From the human T2T-CHM13v2.0 reference genome, Homo sapiens, in contig CP068257.2 of assembly GCA_009914755.4 (NCBI GenBank), forward strand, positions 22,112,001 through 22,176,000: a stretch of DNA of 64,000 bases, read 5' to 3'. The notes under the pieces are model-generated. The model was not told the DNA's origin and did not search any database. It worked only from the letters and a program-made list of their open reading frames with translations. The translations under genes and the position numbers were made by a program. Of this stretch, positions 27,184 to 40,533 are shown one piece after another (the stretch's first letter is position 1; each line of letters starts with the position of its first letter).

Positions 27184-28239
27184 AATGAAAGAACGAATGA
27201 AAATAGAATTCACTTAAGCATATATCCACCCAACTAAATCTGGCCCAACTGATTTTTCTGGTTTTATTCCCTTAGAGGCAACGTGGACTAAGGAAAAGAG
27301 AATGATCCTGAAAGGTTAAATAGAATTATGGCTTTGACAACTAATGCTGCCTAACACTGGACAACTCAGGTAAGATCATTCTCTCTTACAAAGTCGCCTT
27401 TCCACAATTTGCCTTGTTGATCAGTTCCTTTCTATTTTTATCTGGTTTGTTGTCTCTCTTCTGTCATTTCTGCTCTACCTCTAAGATGATTTTTTGTTCT
27501 TGTTTTCTTGTCTCCTCCATACATTTTTGTGCTTATGAAAATTTCTTACTTGTTTTCTTCTCTTCACCAACTAAAATCTACCTTTAGACTAGAAATGTGT
27601 GACCATTTCTTACGTTGTGTGACTATTTAGCAGTCTGGCATAGCCTGTAAGCCTTTTTCTGAGAACGATGTTTTCAATGCGTGAAAGCAAATACAAAGAA
27701 TGATAAAGGAAATCGCTGAAATACAGGTGTGAAACTAGGGTAGTCCCCTCTTATCTGCAAAGGATACAATCCAAGACCCCAGTGTATGCCTGTAATTTGG
27801 ATAGTATTGAACCCAGCTGCCATCAATCAGAGCACAGTTCTGTTCATGTCTTCCACCCACATATTTATTGCCTCTTCTATCTCCTAACTAAGCACTTATT
27901 ATGCACTGGGACAATAATTTTTGCAGTTTGAGGTGCAACAGACAAACTGGCACAAAACTCTTTTCTCTTCGCCAGATTAAGGATGGAAGATTTGATCTTA
28001 CCATATGTTATAGTAACTTCAGCATACAATTTTTTCCTTTCTTCTTTGCTTTGACAATATTCACTTTTTCGTTTTAAAGAAAGTACTTTAAGACGTCTTT
28101 TTGGCATATGCGAGTTGCCAGCATCGCTACTCTTGTTCTTTGGGGCCATGATGAAGTAAAAGAAGGGTTATTTGAACACAAACACTGGACGAAGGAATGA
28201 TTCACAATGCCCAGGGCAGTAGGGAGTGGAACAGAGTGA

Positions 28240-28896
<657 letters not shown>

Positions 28897-29114
28897 AGTT
28901 GGACAATATTGATAGATAATTAAAACGTGGCATTTTGCCAAGGTAAGTTAACTAAATTATCTGAGCTATGTTTGTGAATAAATGAATGATAAATATATAT
29001 ATATATATACACACATGTAAATATGTGTAATTATATATGTATATTCATATTTATACATAACTCCTATGGCAAAATGGTTTTTCCACTCACCCTCGCCCCC
29101 TTAAATTCTGACGC

Positions 29115-29166
29115 CCTCGGCCTCCCAAAGAGCTGGGGTTACAGGTGTGAACCACCGCACCTGGCC
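29115..29166 (-). mobile_element. Short Alu fragment (5'-end region, -)
   Basis: 'gccctcggcctcccaaagagctggggttacaggtgtgaaccaccgcacctggcc'. Confidence 0.75.
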
Positions 29167-29876
29167 TGAAATATTTTTCATTTGATATTTTTAGACCAAG
29201 GTTGGCTGCAGTTAATGGAAACCATAGGCAGTGAAATGTGAATAATGCGAGAGGACTACTGGATAGTTGACCCTCGAGCAACATGGGTTTGGGCTGCATA
29301 GATCCCCTTCTACACAGATTTTTTTTCTCCATCTGCCATCCCTGAGATCTCAAGACCAACTCTTCCTCCTTATCATCCTCTTCATCCTACTCAATGTGAA
29401 GATGAAGTGAATGAAGATCTTTATGATAATCTACTTTCACTTAATGAATAGTAAATATATTTTCTCTTCCTTTTGATTTTTAATCACATTTTATTTTCTC
29501 TAACTTTATTGTAACAATACCTTATATAAAACATTTAATATACAAAATATGTGTTAATCAACTATTTATATTATTGGTAAGGCATCCAGTCAACTATAGG
29601 CTGTTGGTAGTTAAGTGTTGGGGAAGTCAAAATTTATCCAGAGATTTTCTACTTTGAGGGAAGCCAGCGTCCCCCACCCCCATATTGTTCAAGGGTCAAC
29701 TGTAATTTAAAATACTTTATTAACATAAGTCAAAAGATCTAAAGACACGTTTCATAGGTATCATAATTTCAAAATAAGGATAAGCACCAATAATCTTTCA
29801 AAATGTCTGCAGCAACTATAATGTTACATGAGAGTATGTGAAGTTTATGTTGGTGATACTGTGCTCTGTTCTCTAG

Positions 29877-30158
29877 GACATGATGGCTCATACCTGTAAT
29901 CCCAGCACTTTGGGAGGCTGAGGCGGGTTAATCACCTGATGTCAGGAGTTTGAGACCAGCCTGGCCAACAGGGTAAAACCCTGTCTCTACTGAAAATACG
30001 AAAATTAGCCAGGCATGGTTGTGGGCGCCTGTAATGCCACCTAGTCGGGAGGCTGAGGCAGAAGAATCACTTGAACTCAGGAGGTGGAAGTTGCAGTGAG
30101 CTAAGATTGTTACATTGCACTCTAGCCTGGATGACAAGAGTGAAACTCTGTCAAAAAA
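29877..30158 (+). mobile_element. Alu SINE (+) whose A-tail has expanded into the adjacent GAAA/GGAA array
   Basis: 'gacatgatggctcatacctgtaatcccagcactttgggaggctgaggcgggttaatcacctgatgtcaggagtttgagaccagcctggccaacagggtaaaaccctgtctctactgaaaatacgaaaattagccaggcatgg...ctagcctggatgacaagagtgaaactctgtcaaaaaa'. Confidence 0.9.
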
Positions 30159-30205
30159 GGAAAGGAGGGGAAGGGAAGGGAAGAAGAGAGAGAGAGAGAG
30201 AAGGA

Positions 30206-30289
<84 letters not shown>

Positions 30290-30348
30290 GAAAGGAAGAA
30301 AGAAAGAAAGGGAGAGAAGGAGGGAGGGAGGAAGGAAGGAAGGAAGGA

Positions 30349-30416
<68 letters not shown>

Positions 30417-30738
30417 AAAGGAAAGGAAAGGAAGGGAAGGAGGGAGGGAGGGAGGGAAAGGAAGGAAGGAAAGAAAGAAAAAGGGAAGAAAGGAAAGAAA
30501 GGAAAGAAAGAAAAAAGAAAGAAAGAGAGAGAAGGAGAGAGGGAGGGAGGGAGGGAGGAAGGAAGGAAAAAAGAAAGGAAAGGAAAGGAAGGAGGGAGGG
30601 AGGGAGGGAAAGGAAGGAAGGAAAGAAAGAAAAAGGGAAGAAAGGAAAGAAAAAAAGAAGGAAAGAGAAGGAAAGGAATGAAGGGAGGGAGGGAGGGAGG
30701 AAGGAAGGAAGGAAGAAAGGAAGGAAGGAAGGAAGGAA
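30155..30738. repeat. Very long (~584 bp) compound (GAAA)n/(GGAA)n/(GGGA)n purine microsatellite with higher-order duplicated blocks
   Basis: Uninterrupted R-only sequence 'ggaaaggaggggaagggaagg...(gaaa)n...(ggga)n(ggaa)n...'. A ~75-bp block 'ggaaaggaaggagggagggagggagggaaaggaaggaaggaaagaaagaaaaagggaagaaaggaaagaaa' occurs at ~30430-30505 and again at ~30580-30655. Confidence 0.97.
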
Positions 30739-32244
30739 ATGGTATTTTAAGAGGTTAGTCAAAATAATGACGTATTATTTTCTCTCAAGATCACAGACTC
30801 CTTACTTCTCTCCATGGATTCCTTAGGTGAAGACCACTTTCTGTAGATCAACCCCTCCTCATCCCCTATTTAATAACAGTTCATATCATAATGCTTCTTA
30901 ATAAATAATTTTATTTCCCTTTTCACTGATATGATTGGAAACTTTTTGAGGTCATCAACCTTTGTATGTTTGATGACATTGCCAGTGACTAATCAATAAA
31001 TATTTTGGAACAAGTAGAAGAGATCTTGCTGTTCACTCCCGGTGTCTCTCAAAGAAATCCAGCCCTGTGTAGGTGATTGCTAATAAGACTTATCTATTCC
31101 TAATATGAGTGTGAGATGAGGTGCTTCATGAGAACTATGACAAATTCCCAAAGAATTTAGTCCTCCCAATACGTTGGAACTAAGGCTAAAGTTTAGGCTG
31201 TCTCCTATGTCCTCCCTCAATAAATAAATAAACCTATTTATGTATCTAATAAATTACATTAGGATAAAATGTAAATGTTCTTAGTCAAGGAGAGGGAGAT
31301 AAGAAGGGAGAAACTGTCTCACCTGGCCCTATTTGCTACCCAGAAAACATAGGAAAATAAAGATATAAGAATGGGAATTTATGGAATATAAATGGAGAAG
31401 AGACACTAGCCAAGAGAAATTCAACCCCAGGTCCCTTGGAGTTAAGAAAGAAAAACATTAAATAGGCCCAGTTCTAATAATTCTAATAGGCATGCCTCTT
31501 AACAAAAACAAATCATCAAATGCTTAGGAATGAGACACCTCAATTTTCAAGTCTTTTTTGTCATGTAGAGAAGGCCCCTCCTCTGAAAAAGTCTCTCAGG
31601 ACATACGTCAGTCATGTTATCTTGTTATAGTCAAAGCAGTTACCACCTGGAAACCCTTCGAGATCAATGACCAAATGCTTAAAGTACCACTCAGTGATTG
31701 TGAAAGGATTAAACATCAATAAATGGCTAATATTGCACCTGGTAGTGAGTATGGTTGAGTTTCTCTCCAAATTTTCTTTCTGAAAATTTACAGAGCCTTG
31801 ATTATAAGCAATGTGCTTGATTCAGAAACATCAGCCAACTTGGAATTACAACTTGCACTGCTGGGTTTGTTTGCAAATAAAATAAAAGCAAGAAGAAAAA
31901 CACAGAGACAAGATTATAAAAGACACTAGAATTTGGAAAAGAGATTAAATATTATTAAAATATCATTCCTAGGAATTAGAAACAGTTCTGTAAGCAATAA
32001 CCTAATAGTAGACTGCACAAAACGCCATAACAGAAATTAAATTTTCATTTGTGAACAGGAATAATGAGGTAATATAAAAGAGATGGACTTGGATTTTTTT
32101 GCCACTAAAGATTAATAATTGTCTAAGGTCTGTATTCAGAATTAAGATGCACATTTGGTTGTAGAGAAAGATCATTTATTAGGTGTGCTCATCCTTTAAC
32201 CTTGGTCCACAGTCATGGCATGAAATAGATGCAATTTCCATTTC

Positions 32245-32335
32245 ACCAGCACTGGTGTCAGGCTATTTCAATATATATACTAGATAAAATATATATACTA
32301 GATACAATATATATTTCAATATGTATACTAGATAA
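32245..32335. repeat. Short tandem repeat, about 5 copies of 'tatatactagata(a/c)aa'
   Basis: 'atatatactagataaaatatatatactagatacaatatatatttcaatatgtatactagataaaag'. Confidence 0.8.
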
Positions 32336-32388
32336 AAGTAAGTATGTCCTTTCTAGAGAAAAATGCAATATAAAAAGGGCATATAATG

Positions 32389-32720
32389 GCCGGGCATGGT
32401 GGCTCGCACCTGTAATCCGAGCTCTTTGGGAGGCCGAGGCGGGTGTATCGCCTGAGGTTGGGAGTTCGAGACCAGCTTGGCCAACATGGAGAAAACCCAT
32501 CTCTACTAAAAATACAAACAAAATTAGCCGGGCGTGGTGGCGCATGCCTGTAATCCCAGCTACTCAGGAGGCTGAGGCAGGAGAATTGCTTGAACCCGGG
32601 AGGAGGAGGTTGCAACGAGCTGAAGATCGTGCCATTGCACTCCAGCCTGGGCAACGAAAGCGAAACTCTGTCTCAAAAGAAAACAAAAGAAAACAAAACA
32701 AACAAAGCAAAACAAAAAAA
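32389..32720 (+). mobile_element. Alu SINE (+) with an A/CAAAA-rich tail and TSD approximately 'gggcatat(t)aat'
   Basis: 'ggccgggcatggtggctcgcacctgtaatccgagctctttgggaggccgaggcgggtgtatcgcctgaggttgggagttcgagaccagcttggccaacatggagaaaacccatctctac...' Flanking 'aaaaagggcatataat' / 'aaaaaaatgggcatattaat'. Confidence 0.92.
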
Positions 32721-33394
32721 TGGGCATATTAATAAAAAGTAGTCCTTTTCAATGTGAATGTTGGACACGATATTGTCAAGTTAGTTGTTGGGAAAGATTG
32801 ACATCTAAAAGGTGCTCTAACCATTTTGGAAATAATTTATAGTTATGAAATTATTACCTTAAAACCATATTGTATTGGCATAATGCTTTACTTTTATTTC
32901 TTTAAGGCTTTAAAATCATTTTATCATGTTTAGATTCTGTATGAAGTAGTATATTAAATAATACGATACTTATTTCCACGCAAAAATGTAGAGTTTATAT
33001 TTTTAATTGTGGTGTGTCAAGGTTTATTTGAAAACTAAATATATAAACTATAATATTAAAAATATATAAATTGTAATAAGTAGTCAGTTTGTCTCAAATT
33101 TTAATTGTAAATTATCAGTATCCTTTGCCTGGATGTCCGTATAGACTGGACTGTCTGTTTCAGTTGGATAACTCAGCAGGTTCAGCGGTAGATAGGAGTT
33201 GATATTCATTAGAGGGCTAAGATTACACCAGATAGTTTTCATCGTGTTTCCCATCATATCCCAAAACATTGCAGTAAAGTAGAACGTTCTATCCATGTTA
33301 CAGATGAAGAAATTATATCTAATATAGATGAAATAGCCCACAATTTTAGGCTAAATCCAAATTTAGTCCAGAATCCAAATCCAAATCTGTATAG

Positions 33395-33545
33395 TACATT
33401 TTGAAATAAGAAAGTGTGATGCCTCCAGCTTTGGTCTTTCTCAAGATTTCCTTGGCTATTCTGGTTTTTTTTTTTTTTTTTTTTACTCTGTATGAATTTG
33501 AATTTTTTTTCTATTTTTGTGGAAAATGCACAGCTCTACCATTCA
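33395..33545 (-). mobile_element. Old L1 ORF2 fragment (-); duplicates the L1 region also present at 34478-34625
   Basis: 'gaaataagaaagtgtgatgcctccagctttggtctttctcaagatttccttggctattctgg...' matches the antisense L1 consensus 'gaaatcaggaagtgtgatgcctccagctttgttctttttcaaggttgttttggctattc'. Confidence 0.7.
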
Positions 33546-33799
33546 TCCTAGTGTCTTCCATGATGCATTTGGTTCCTAATTCGCTTGAGACATTAAAAAT
33601 TCAATTGCAACACTATCACAATGTATCATTATTTTCTGAGTTAAACAATTTTTTCCAGCCCTTAGACTAGGATCATGGTAAACTTATGGTAAATTAGGTT
33701 TCTTGCTGGTGTTGTTATTATTTTGGATTTTTCAATTTTTATACGGCAAGATAATGTTTTCCTAATAAGGACTGTTTCTCATTCCTAGATTCTTGATTT

Positions 33800-35075
33800 G
33801 GGGTGGGAGGAGAGGGTTTTTTCCCAGGACATCTCTATTCAGATCTAGGTTTTAGCCCTGTCTTCCAAAGTATAGAATATACATGTGTGAGAAAAATATT
33901 TCAGAGTTGTAAAAGTTTCTTATGTATTTTGAAAATTAACCACTTAATTTTGTTAATAAGGTTTGGAAATGTTTTCTCCCATTCTGTAGCTTGCCTTTTC
34001 ATTCTGTTGATTGTTTTCTTTGCTGTGCAGAAAATTTTACTTTGATGTCGTCCTATTTTTCTATTTTTGCTTTAGCAGACTATGCTTTTGATGTCATAGC
34101 TAAGAAATAATTACCAAAATCAATTTCAACAAGTTTTTCCCTGTGTATGTGTGTTTTTCCCCCCTAGGAGTTGTACAGTGTCAGTTCTTGTGTTTAAATC
34201 TTTATCCATTGTTAGTTGATTTTTGTCTGTAATTAAGATAAGGGTAAAATTTTATCATATTTGCATATGAATATATATAGTGTTTCCAAAACCATTTGTT
34301 GAACTGTACTCAACACCACTGTACTCTTCTCATTGTATGTTATTGGCATCCTTGTCAAACCTCAGGTAACCATAAGTATTAATATATGCATAGGTGTATT
34401 TCAGGGCTCTGTATGCTGCCCCATCTGTCTTTATATCTATCTTTATGTCAGTACCACACTGTTTTAATTATTATAGCTTTGAATTTTGAATTTTGAAATA
34501 AGGAAATGTGCTGCCTCCAGCTTTGGTCTTTCTCAAGATTGCTTCAGCTATTCTGGTTTCTTTTTGTGAATCTATATGAATTTGAATGTTGTTTTCTATC
34601 TTTGTAAAATGTGCCAGTGGGATTTTGACAGAGAGAGCATTAAATCTAATATGGAAATAGCTTTCGGTATTATAGATATTTTCACAGTATTAAGTATTTT
34701 AATCCATGAACATGAGATATTTCTTTCATATATTGTGTCTATTTGATATCTTTCATTGTGTTTGTAGTTTTTCAGTGTACAATTATTTTACTTCCTTGGT
34801 TAAGTCTATTTCTATATCGTCTATTCTTTTTTGATGTTATTATAACTAAAACCTTTAATTTCCATTTTAGATGTGTTTTGTTAGTACATGGAAACACAAC
34901 TGACTTTTTTATGTTGATATTGTATCCTGCAACTTTACCAATTCCTCTGGCTAGGTTTTCCAGTGCTATGTTGAATAGAAGTGGTGAGAGTGGACATTCT
35001 TCTCTTTTTCCTGATCTTACAGAAAAAGCTTTCACTTTTTCACCATGAAGTATAATGCTCCCTGTGAGCCTACAT
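33800..35075 (-). mobile_element. Old L1 (L1M/L1P-like) ORF2 fragment, minus orientation, ~1.3 kb
   Basis: Antisense L1 hallmarks: 'ttctcccattctgtagcttgccttttcattctgttgattgttttctttgctgtgcagaaaattttactttgatgtcgtcc', 'gtaccacactgttttaattattatagctttgaattttgaa', 'ccagtgctatgttgaatagaagtggtgagagtggacattcttctctttttcctgatcttacagaaaaagctttcactttttcaccatgaagtataatgct'. Confidence 0.85.
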
Positions 35076-36371
35076 ATATGACCTTTATTATGTTGATGTA
35101 CATTTAATTATTACTCCCATTAATTCTCCAAAGATGGAGGTCTGGAATTGAAGAAATATGCAAAGGTGCGTAAAATGCAATTTACATACAATTATATGGT
35201 AGTAAGTAAATGCTATAAGAATAATGGAGAACAGCAGGGGACAAAAAAGGATAGTGTAGTTGTTGGGAGCTCTTTTCTTGAGGGTGGTCAGATTCTAATT
35301 GAACAGAAACATGATGGCAGTTAGGGGACAGGTCATGTGGAGAGCTGACAGAAACCTGTTGCCAACAAGGGAAACAACAAGTCCAGAAGTTTTGAGGAAG
35401 CTGTGTGCATGACATGTTTGATGAATAGCAGGAAGGTCAGTAAGGCTAGAGGTGAATGAGGAAAGATAAGTGAAAGGAGATGAGATCTTGCAGGTGGGAA
35501 AGTAGTTCATGAGGATTTTTAAGTTATGGTGTGAATCGTGAACTACTACATGCCACAAAAAACTTGCCCATGTGCTAGAGGCTTTGGCCAAACTTTAGCC
35601 CAGCTTCTACCTGCACTAGGCCTTGTCCTCACAGTGGCCATAAGCCCTGAGCAATGTTATTCTGCCAAACCACAAAATATAATTCATACCAACCCACATT
35701 GTCAAACCATGTTCAGTAATGTTTTACTCACTCTTCTTCTGTAATTTTTCATTTCCTGGTAGCCCCCTTTTTGGTTCCTCAGGCACCCTCTTTTCCCCAT
35801 CCCTTTCTCTTTTTTTCACATCCCTGTGTCCCTTTATGTTCTCTCTCAGTTCTTCCTTTAAAAACCTTAGTCACCTTTATTTTAGTTGGCATTGAGTTCA
35901 TTCCATATTGGACTCTGTCTTCCTGTTGTAGGCTGAATGTTTTGTCCCTCAAAATTCATAGGCTAAAATCCTAACCCCAAAGGTGATGGGGACTTTGGAA
36001 GGTGATTAGGTCATGAGACTTCTGCCCTCATGAATAGGATCAGTGCCCTTGTAAAAGATGCCCAAGGAATCTCTCTCTCCTGTTCCGCCATATGAGTTCA
36101 GTGAGAAAGTGGTATTTACAACATGGGAACCAGACCCTAGCCAGGCACTTAATTTGCCAACATCTTGATCTTGAGCTTCCCAGCCTCCTGGACGGTGAGA
36201 AGTACATTTATGTTGCTTATAAGCTACCTAGGTCATGGTGATTTTTTAACAGCAGCCTGAAATGATTAAGACACTTTTCTACTACAATACTTCAAATAAA
36301 ATTTGTCTTGTTTTTTCACTCTGGTAACCATAAGGATTTTGACCTATATTTCACACAATATGGAAAGTCAT

Positions 36372-36462
36372 TGAAAAGGTTTGGACGAAGAATGACATGT
36401 TTGGACAAAGAATGACATAACACAAAGAATGACATGTTTGGACAAAGAATGACATAACACTT
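36372..36462. repeat. Tandem duplication, two copies of a ~37-bp unit 'gtttggacaaagaatgacataacacaaagaatgacat'
   Basis: 'gtttggacgaagaatgacatgtttggacaaagaatgacataacacaaagaatgacatgtttggacaaagaatgacataacac'. Confidence 0.85.
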
Positions 36463-37721
36463 GTGTTTTATACAAACATCTCTAGCTATTACAGGAAATA
36501 ACAGGAGAGCTTCAAAAACAGAGAGACATTTTGAAAGACCATGGGTTTGCTGAATTCTCCTGAGCTAAGTCCAAGGCCTCCTTCAGACCCAGAAGAGCTT
36601 TCTTGACATTCAGTACTGAGGCTGGGTTGATTTAAGGAGTAAATACAGCAGAGATTTAGGAGAATGGAATTGCCAAATATAACTGTTCAGTCATTCAGTG
36701 TCACAAAGTCCAGTCTCTTCACTTAAGTTGATAAACTTGGGACCAAATTAGCACACATATGGTAAGCAAGATGAGCCTACTCCGAATGGGATTGTGTTTA
36801 CCCATTGTGATGTTAGGGACACTGTGAAGGACACGTTCTCTTAAAATCTTTAGTCCTCAATTCCTAAAATTCCTCAGTTAGGTATCTATATCTTTGTATT
36901 CAGAACTGCTTTATCTACAGTCTACTGTTCTAATTTAAATACACCTAGAAGAATATCATGTAAATGTCACATCTCTTTACTGTGGATACATTTAGGAACA
37001 CATAGGAAAAGCAGATCAGAATAAAAAACATTGATCCCTGAAAGATGGGAGTAAAAATATGCTGAAATAAGATACAAGTGTTAAAAGCTGGGGATGTCAA
37101 TGAGTCACAGTCAATCTTTGCCTGCTCACAATTTTGCCAAGGGCTGGCCAGAGAGTAGAATAAAATCTTGAACTAGCTGTAGTCAAAAATAATTTTTTAA
37201 ATAAATATAAACAGATGCAACAAATTATGAGAAAATTGACTGGAAAATTACTATAGAAAAAATATTTAACAAAGAGTTTTGAGGAAGAATTATAATAATA
37301 GCTGAAATTTATTAAGCAGAGCAATTCACATAAGCTAGTTACTGTTCTAAGGTATGTATACATATATTTATATAATGTGTACATGTATGTGTGCACACAT
37401 GTGTATATATGTGCACATATATATTCATTTCACCTTTATGACAAGCCAATGAGTTAGAAAATATTATTTTACCATTCAATATTTGTAGAAAATAAAACAC
37501 AGAAAAATTAAAGGACTTACCCAAGACTATGCAGCTAATACCTGACTTGGCAGAATTTGAACACGAGTCTCACTCCAGAGTCTATGAAATGTAACACTGC
37601 AAGCATATCTTAAAAGAGCAACATAACATTTTGTTTCCTGCAAATATAGAAACTCTTCATTTCATGTTAACACTTCCTTTTATGTAAATGCAGTCTTTGA
37701 GTGCAATTGATAGAAAAATCA

Positions 37722-37722
<1 letters not shown>

Positions 37723-37755
<33 letters not shown>
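37723..37755. repeat. (AC)n dinucleotide microsatellite, ~16 units
   Basis: Directly visible. Confidence 0.95.
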
Positions 37756-37756
<1 letters not shown>

Positions 37757-39054
37757 TCCAATTCTACCTCTCAGGTATCAGTAAAAAGAAAATAAATGTA
37801 AAAATGGTTAAGAATAAGATAATAACTGCACTGGGGGAAGTGACTCATTGTATATAAAAGAACTTTGGAAACTATTTGAAGTCTGATAGACCTGGGTTTT
37901 TGTTCTTCCTCAGCAAGTTAATAACAGTGACAATAAGTGAGTTCCTTTACTTTTAACAGTCTCGTTTTTTTGGTCTGTAAAATGGTAATGATAACCATCT
38001 AAAAATATTGTGTAAAACAAAAATAATATGTATGAAACAGCTGGCACTTAGTAGGCAAACAAGGAAGAATATTTGCTGAATAAAAAGTAACCAGGAAAAT
38101 TTGGTTTTGTTCTCTTTTTAAAGTGTTAATAATGCCACACTGGAAATGGGGATTTTAGTTCCGGCATTAGCTTTTTGATAACAGAATAGAATATCTACTG
38201 TGGCCTCTCCCACAAGGAAAGCCTATAACATACTTGGAAAGTTATAGGCTCTCTTACAATGAAAAAGAGAACAAAGAGCCCCAACTAGAAAATATGCCTT
38301 CATGTTCTCAATGCATTTTGAATTATAGTAGACCCAAAGGAAAGCAACACTTTACAACCACTCTGGGTAAGTCTCTATTTGTCCTATATACAATGTACAT
38401 ATAATATAATACTACCATTTATTCCATATATTTTAGCTTCTAGAAAACAATCAGGATCTCTGGCTTTAAGAGAAATGGATTTATTGGCAATAAGAGTCTG
38501 AATTATCAACTCAAATAAAATAGCAATTTCCCCACAAATCAATCACACACCAGGGAGAAAAACACTGTTCTAAATTACGTAACAAGTGTAAAAAGTGTTT
38601 CTAAAGGCTTCATTCAGAATGAAAGCTTTACAATTACTTATATTATCTATGACTTGTATAAACTTTTAGAATGACAAAGTATTTTCTAAGTTCTGTTCAC
38701 ACCCACAAGTTGCATTACATATCCTCAGAAGGATTTGGGTTGGGATATAGGAGAGTAATGTTTAGGCTGCTTGCATTTAATTATTCCATATTTCTTGTAG
38801 AAAAGAAAGAACCATATGGCCCTTATAGCAAAATACTGGTCCTTGAAGACCACCATTTGCATTTGTAACTCCTTCATAATTTAAAATAAGCAAAGATGGT
38901 CTGTTTCTGTGGAAAGTACACATGTCTGCCTGAATTAATTTTCTTAGATTCTGATTTGAAAAAAAGTACATTTTCTTGTTTTATTCCAATCTTCAATGAA
39001 GAAAGATAAAAAATGTAGGGCAAGAAATAAATGGACAAATTTCTAAAGGTGTGT

Positions 39055-39418
39055 GACATGATTTGGCTCTGTCCTCACCCAAATCTCATCTTGAATTGCA
39101 GCTTCCATGTTTCCCACATGTTGTGAGAGGGACCTGGTGGGTGGTAATTGAATCATGGGGGAAGGTTTTTCCAGTGCTGTTCTCATGATAGTAAATAAGT
39201 CTCATGAGATCTGATGGTTTTATAAAGGGGAGTTCCCCTGCATACACTCTCTTGCCTGCCGCCATGTAAGATGTGACTTTGCTTCTCCTTTGCCTTCTGC
39301 AATGATTGTGAGGCCTCCTCAGCAATACGGAACTGTGAGTCAATTAAAACGCTTTCTTTTATAAATTACCCAGTCTTGGGTATGTCTTTATTAGTATCGT
39401 GAGAACTGACAAATACAG
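39055..39418 (+). mobile_element. THE1-like MaLR solo LTR (~364 bp)
   Basis: 'tgacatgatttggctctgtcctcacccaaatctcatcttgaattgcagcttccatgtttcccacatgttgtgagagggacctggtgggtggtaattgaatcatggggg...tctcatgagatctgatggttttataaaggggagttcccctgcatacactctcttgcctgccgccatgtaagatgtgac...ccagtcttgggtatgtctttattagtatcgtgagaactgacaaatacag'. Confidence 0.88.
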
Positions 39419-39919
39419 TACATGTGTGATTTTTGGAAAAGCATATTGATTTACAGGATGGAGATATAGAGAAAATAATCAACAAGAAAAAAAAACTGAG
39501 AGTGTTGGCATTTAAAAATATTTATTGTTCCTCACCTATTTGCATTGGGAAAACTCCAAAAGTTTGAAAACATGCATTGTTGGTTAGGCTGTAGGGGAAG
39601 TACTTTGTCATACATTAGCTGGTGAGGATACAAAATGGTTCAACATCTATTATGGAAATTTGTTGATATCTAGCAAAATTGCATATGTTTTTCTGTTTGA
39701 TCCAGCAATCTTACTTCTAGGAAACTATTCCCAAAATACAAAAGAACAAATACAATGCTATGTAGTCAATGAAACACTGATTGACATAGCAAAAGACTGG
39801 AAATAACTCAAATGTTGATAAATATGTAACTGGTTGTTAAATTATGGTAAATACCCAAAAGAGAGTACTGCACAGCTAAAAAAATTATAAAAAACTATTT
39901 CTATATAGTATTTAAGGAA

Positions 39920-39980
39920 AACTTCCAGGATATATTGTCAAGTTAACAAGTTAACTTCCAGGATATATTGTCAAGTTAAC
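39920..39980. repeat. Local tandem duplication, two copies of 28 bp 'aacttccaggatatattgtcaagttaac'
   Basis: Directly visible. Confidence 0.9.
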
Positions 39981-40305
39981 TTTAACATAAAGTGGAGAAA
40001 AATATTTTTTATTTACAATTCACAATGCTTCATTGTAAATTATATATTCATTTTAATTTTTTAATTTTCTATTTTTCTGGGTATATAGTAAGTTTATACA
40101 TATGGAATATATTAGATATTTTGATACAAGCATGCAATGTGAAATAAGCACATCATGGAAAACTGGGTGTCCATCCCCTCAAGCATTTATCCATCATGTT
40201 ACAAACAATCCAATTGTATTATTTTAGTTACTTTAAAATACGTAATTAAGTTATTATGACTATAGTCACCCTGTTGCATATTCAAAACATTTTATATTTT
40301 TAAAT

Positions 40306-40533
40306 TTATCTTAATTTTTTTTCTCTTTTTATTATACTTTAATTTCTAGGGTACATATGCACAATGTACAGGTTTGTTACAAATGTCTACATGTGCCATG
40401 TTGGTGTGCTGCACCCATTAACTGGTCATTTACATTAGGTATTTCTCCTAATGCTATCCCTCCCCCACCCCCACCCCCCAACAAGCCCCGGTGTGTGATG
40501 TTCCCCACCCTGCGTCCAAGTGTTCTCATTGTT
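40306..40533 (-). mobile_element. L1 (L1PA-like) 3'-end fragment, minus orientation
   Basis: 'tttttattatactttaatttctagggtacatatgcacaatgtacaggtttgttacaaatgtctacatgtgccatgttggtgtgctgcacccattaactggtcatttacattaggtatttctcctaatgctatccctccc...ccggtgtgtgatgttccccaccctgcgtccaagtgttctcattgtt'. Confidence 0.9.

Noticed and set aside
30071-30826. Long ORFs (251 aa, 188 aa on +; 203 aa on -) with KKERKKER... / [10 protein letters not shown]... repeats
   Set aside because: Pure translation of the (GAAA/GGAA)n microsatellite in the three frames and its complement. No start context, no non-repetitive sequence, no protein-like composition.
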